Source: Pavona decussata (Eukaryota). Taken from it: DNA of 64,000 bases. The stretch covers positions 1,612,001 through 1,676,000 of the forward strand of contig CDRNST010000090.1 of the NCBI GenBank assembly GCA_977016875.1. Direction: 5' to 3'. Positions 63,122-64,000 of the stretch are shown here, in pieces (position 1 is the stretch's first letter; each line of letters opens with the position of its first letter). Under the pieces are notes generated by a model. The model ran no database searches and was not told where the DNA came from. It saw only the letters and a program-made list of their open reading frames with translations. The position numbers and the translations under genes are program-made.

Positions 63122-64000
63122 ATGGTTGTTAATTTCTCAGCTGGACGGCTGAAAGACCATGTAGGAGGTTGGAAGTCACTGACTAGTGACCCTTTCATAC
63201 TCGATGCTATAAAGCACTATCATATTGAGTTTGGGGAGGATCTCCCTTTTCAGATTTGCAAGCCTAAACAAATGCAATTCTCCCTTTCTGAAAGGGCAAT
63301 TATCAATGAAGAAATCGCTAAACTACTTAACAAAGGTGTTGTTGAACAGACCCATTGTGTAGAGGGTGACTTTACCTCTACCATATTTGTGCGTCCCAAG
63401 AAAGATGGCACTTACAGAATGATCTTAAACCTCAAAGCTCTTAATGAATTTGTATCATATTACCATTTTAAAATGGATAATATTAAAACAGCCCTCAAAC
63501 TCATGCGTCCAGGGTGCTTTATGGCATCGGTTGACCTAAAAGATGCTTACTATTCAGTTCCTATCGCCACAGGGGATAGGAGATACTTGAAATTCGAGTG
63601 GCAAGGTAGCTATTTTCAGTATACTTGCTTGCCCAATAGCCTGGCTTGTGCTCCTCGTTTATTCACAAAAATATTAAAGCCAGTCTATTCTCATGTCAGA
63701 TCTTAAGGTCATATTTGTATGGGTCATATAGATGACTCATTGCTGTTGGGATATAATTACTCTGCCTGTGCCAAGAATATCCAGGACACTGTTGATACAT
63801 TCATTAAGTTAGGGTTTGTGATTCACCCAGAAAAGTCAGTCTTGGTACCATCGCAAGAAATGGAATTTCTTGGTTTCTTGTTGAATAGTATAAACATGAC
63901 AATTCGACTTCCACCTACTAAAGCTGAACGTGTACGGCTAGCTTGCCAGAGTTTATTGCACAAGAGTTACATGTCTATTAGAGAAGTTGCACAGGTTATT
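63122..64000 (+). pseudogene. DIRS reverse transcriptase with in-frame premature stop (TAA 63704-63706)
   Basis: The frame continues past the stop as GHICMGHIDDSLLLG...HPEKS...EFLGF...IREVAQVI to the window end. Confidence 0.85.

Larger units (their letters stand above)
62105..64000 (+). mobile_element. DIRS-type (tyrosine recombinase) retrotransposon, 5' part; left boundary approximate
   Basis: Gag-like ORF followed by DIRS-type RT (FVRPKKDGTYRMILNLK, HFKMD, DLKDAYYSVPI, APRLFTK, HPEKS, EFLGF); the recombinase would lie beyond the window. Confidence 0.88.

Overview
Eukaryotic, intron-rich, AT-rich genomic DNA; the repeat types and the GPCR style suggest a cnidarian such as a stony coral (inference). 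(1) An open Ser/Pro-rich ORF on the minus strand (1158 to <1) runs off the window edge and is missing from the ORF track. (2) Two GH29 alpha-L-fucosidase paralogs lie tail-to-tail. Copy A (+, 5917-13766, 8 coding exons) has its signal peptide out of frame with the catalytic domain. Copy B (-, 26863-17814) has exons 2-8, no exon 1 in the window, a tandemly duplicated last exon and an intronic CR1/L2-type LINE lacking its endonuclease. The two copies share patchy near-identical tracts suggesting gene conversion. (3) A ~8.4 kb-period tandem array (28.2-61.9 kb) carries three intronless rhodopsin-class GPCR genes, with spacers that are TE mosaics (MITEs, hAT remnants, a SINE, a 5.1 kb Harbinger-type element); empty versus filled sites between units allow the history to be read. 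(4) A DIRS-type retrotransposon runs off the right edge. I see no CRISPR, rRNA or convincing functional tRNA, and no clearly new biological system; the best leads are the fucosidase pair and the GPCR array.
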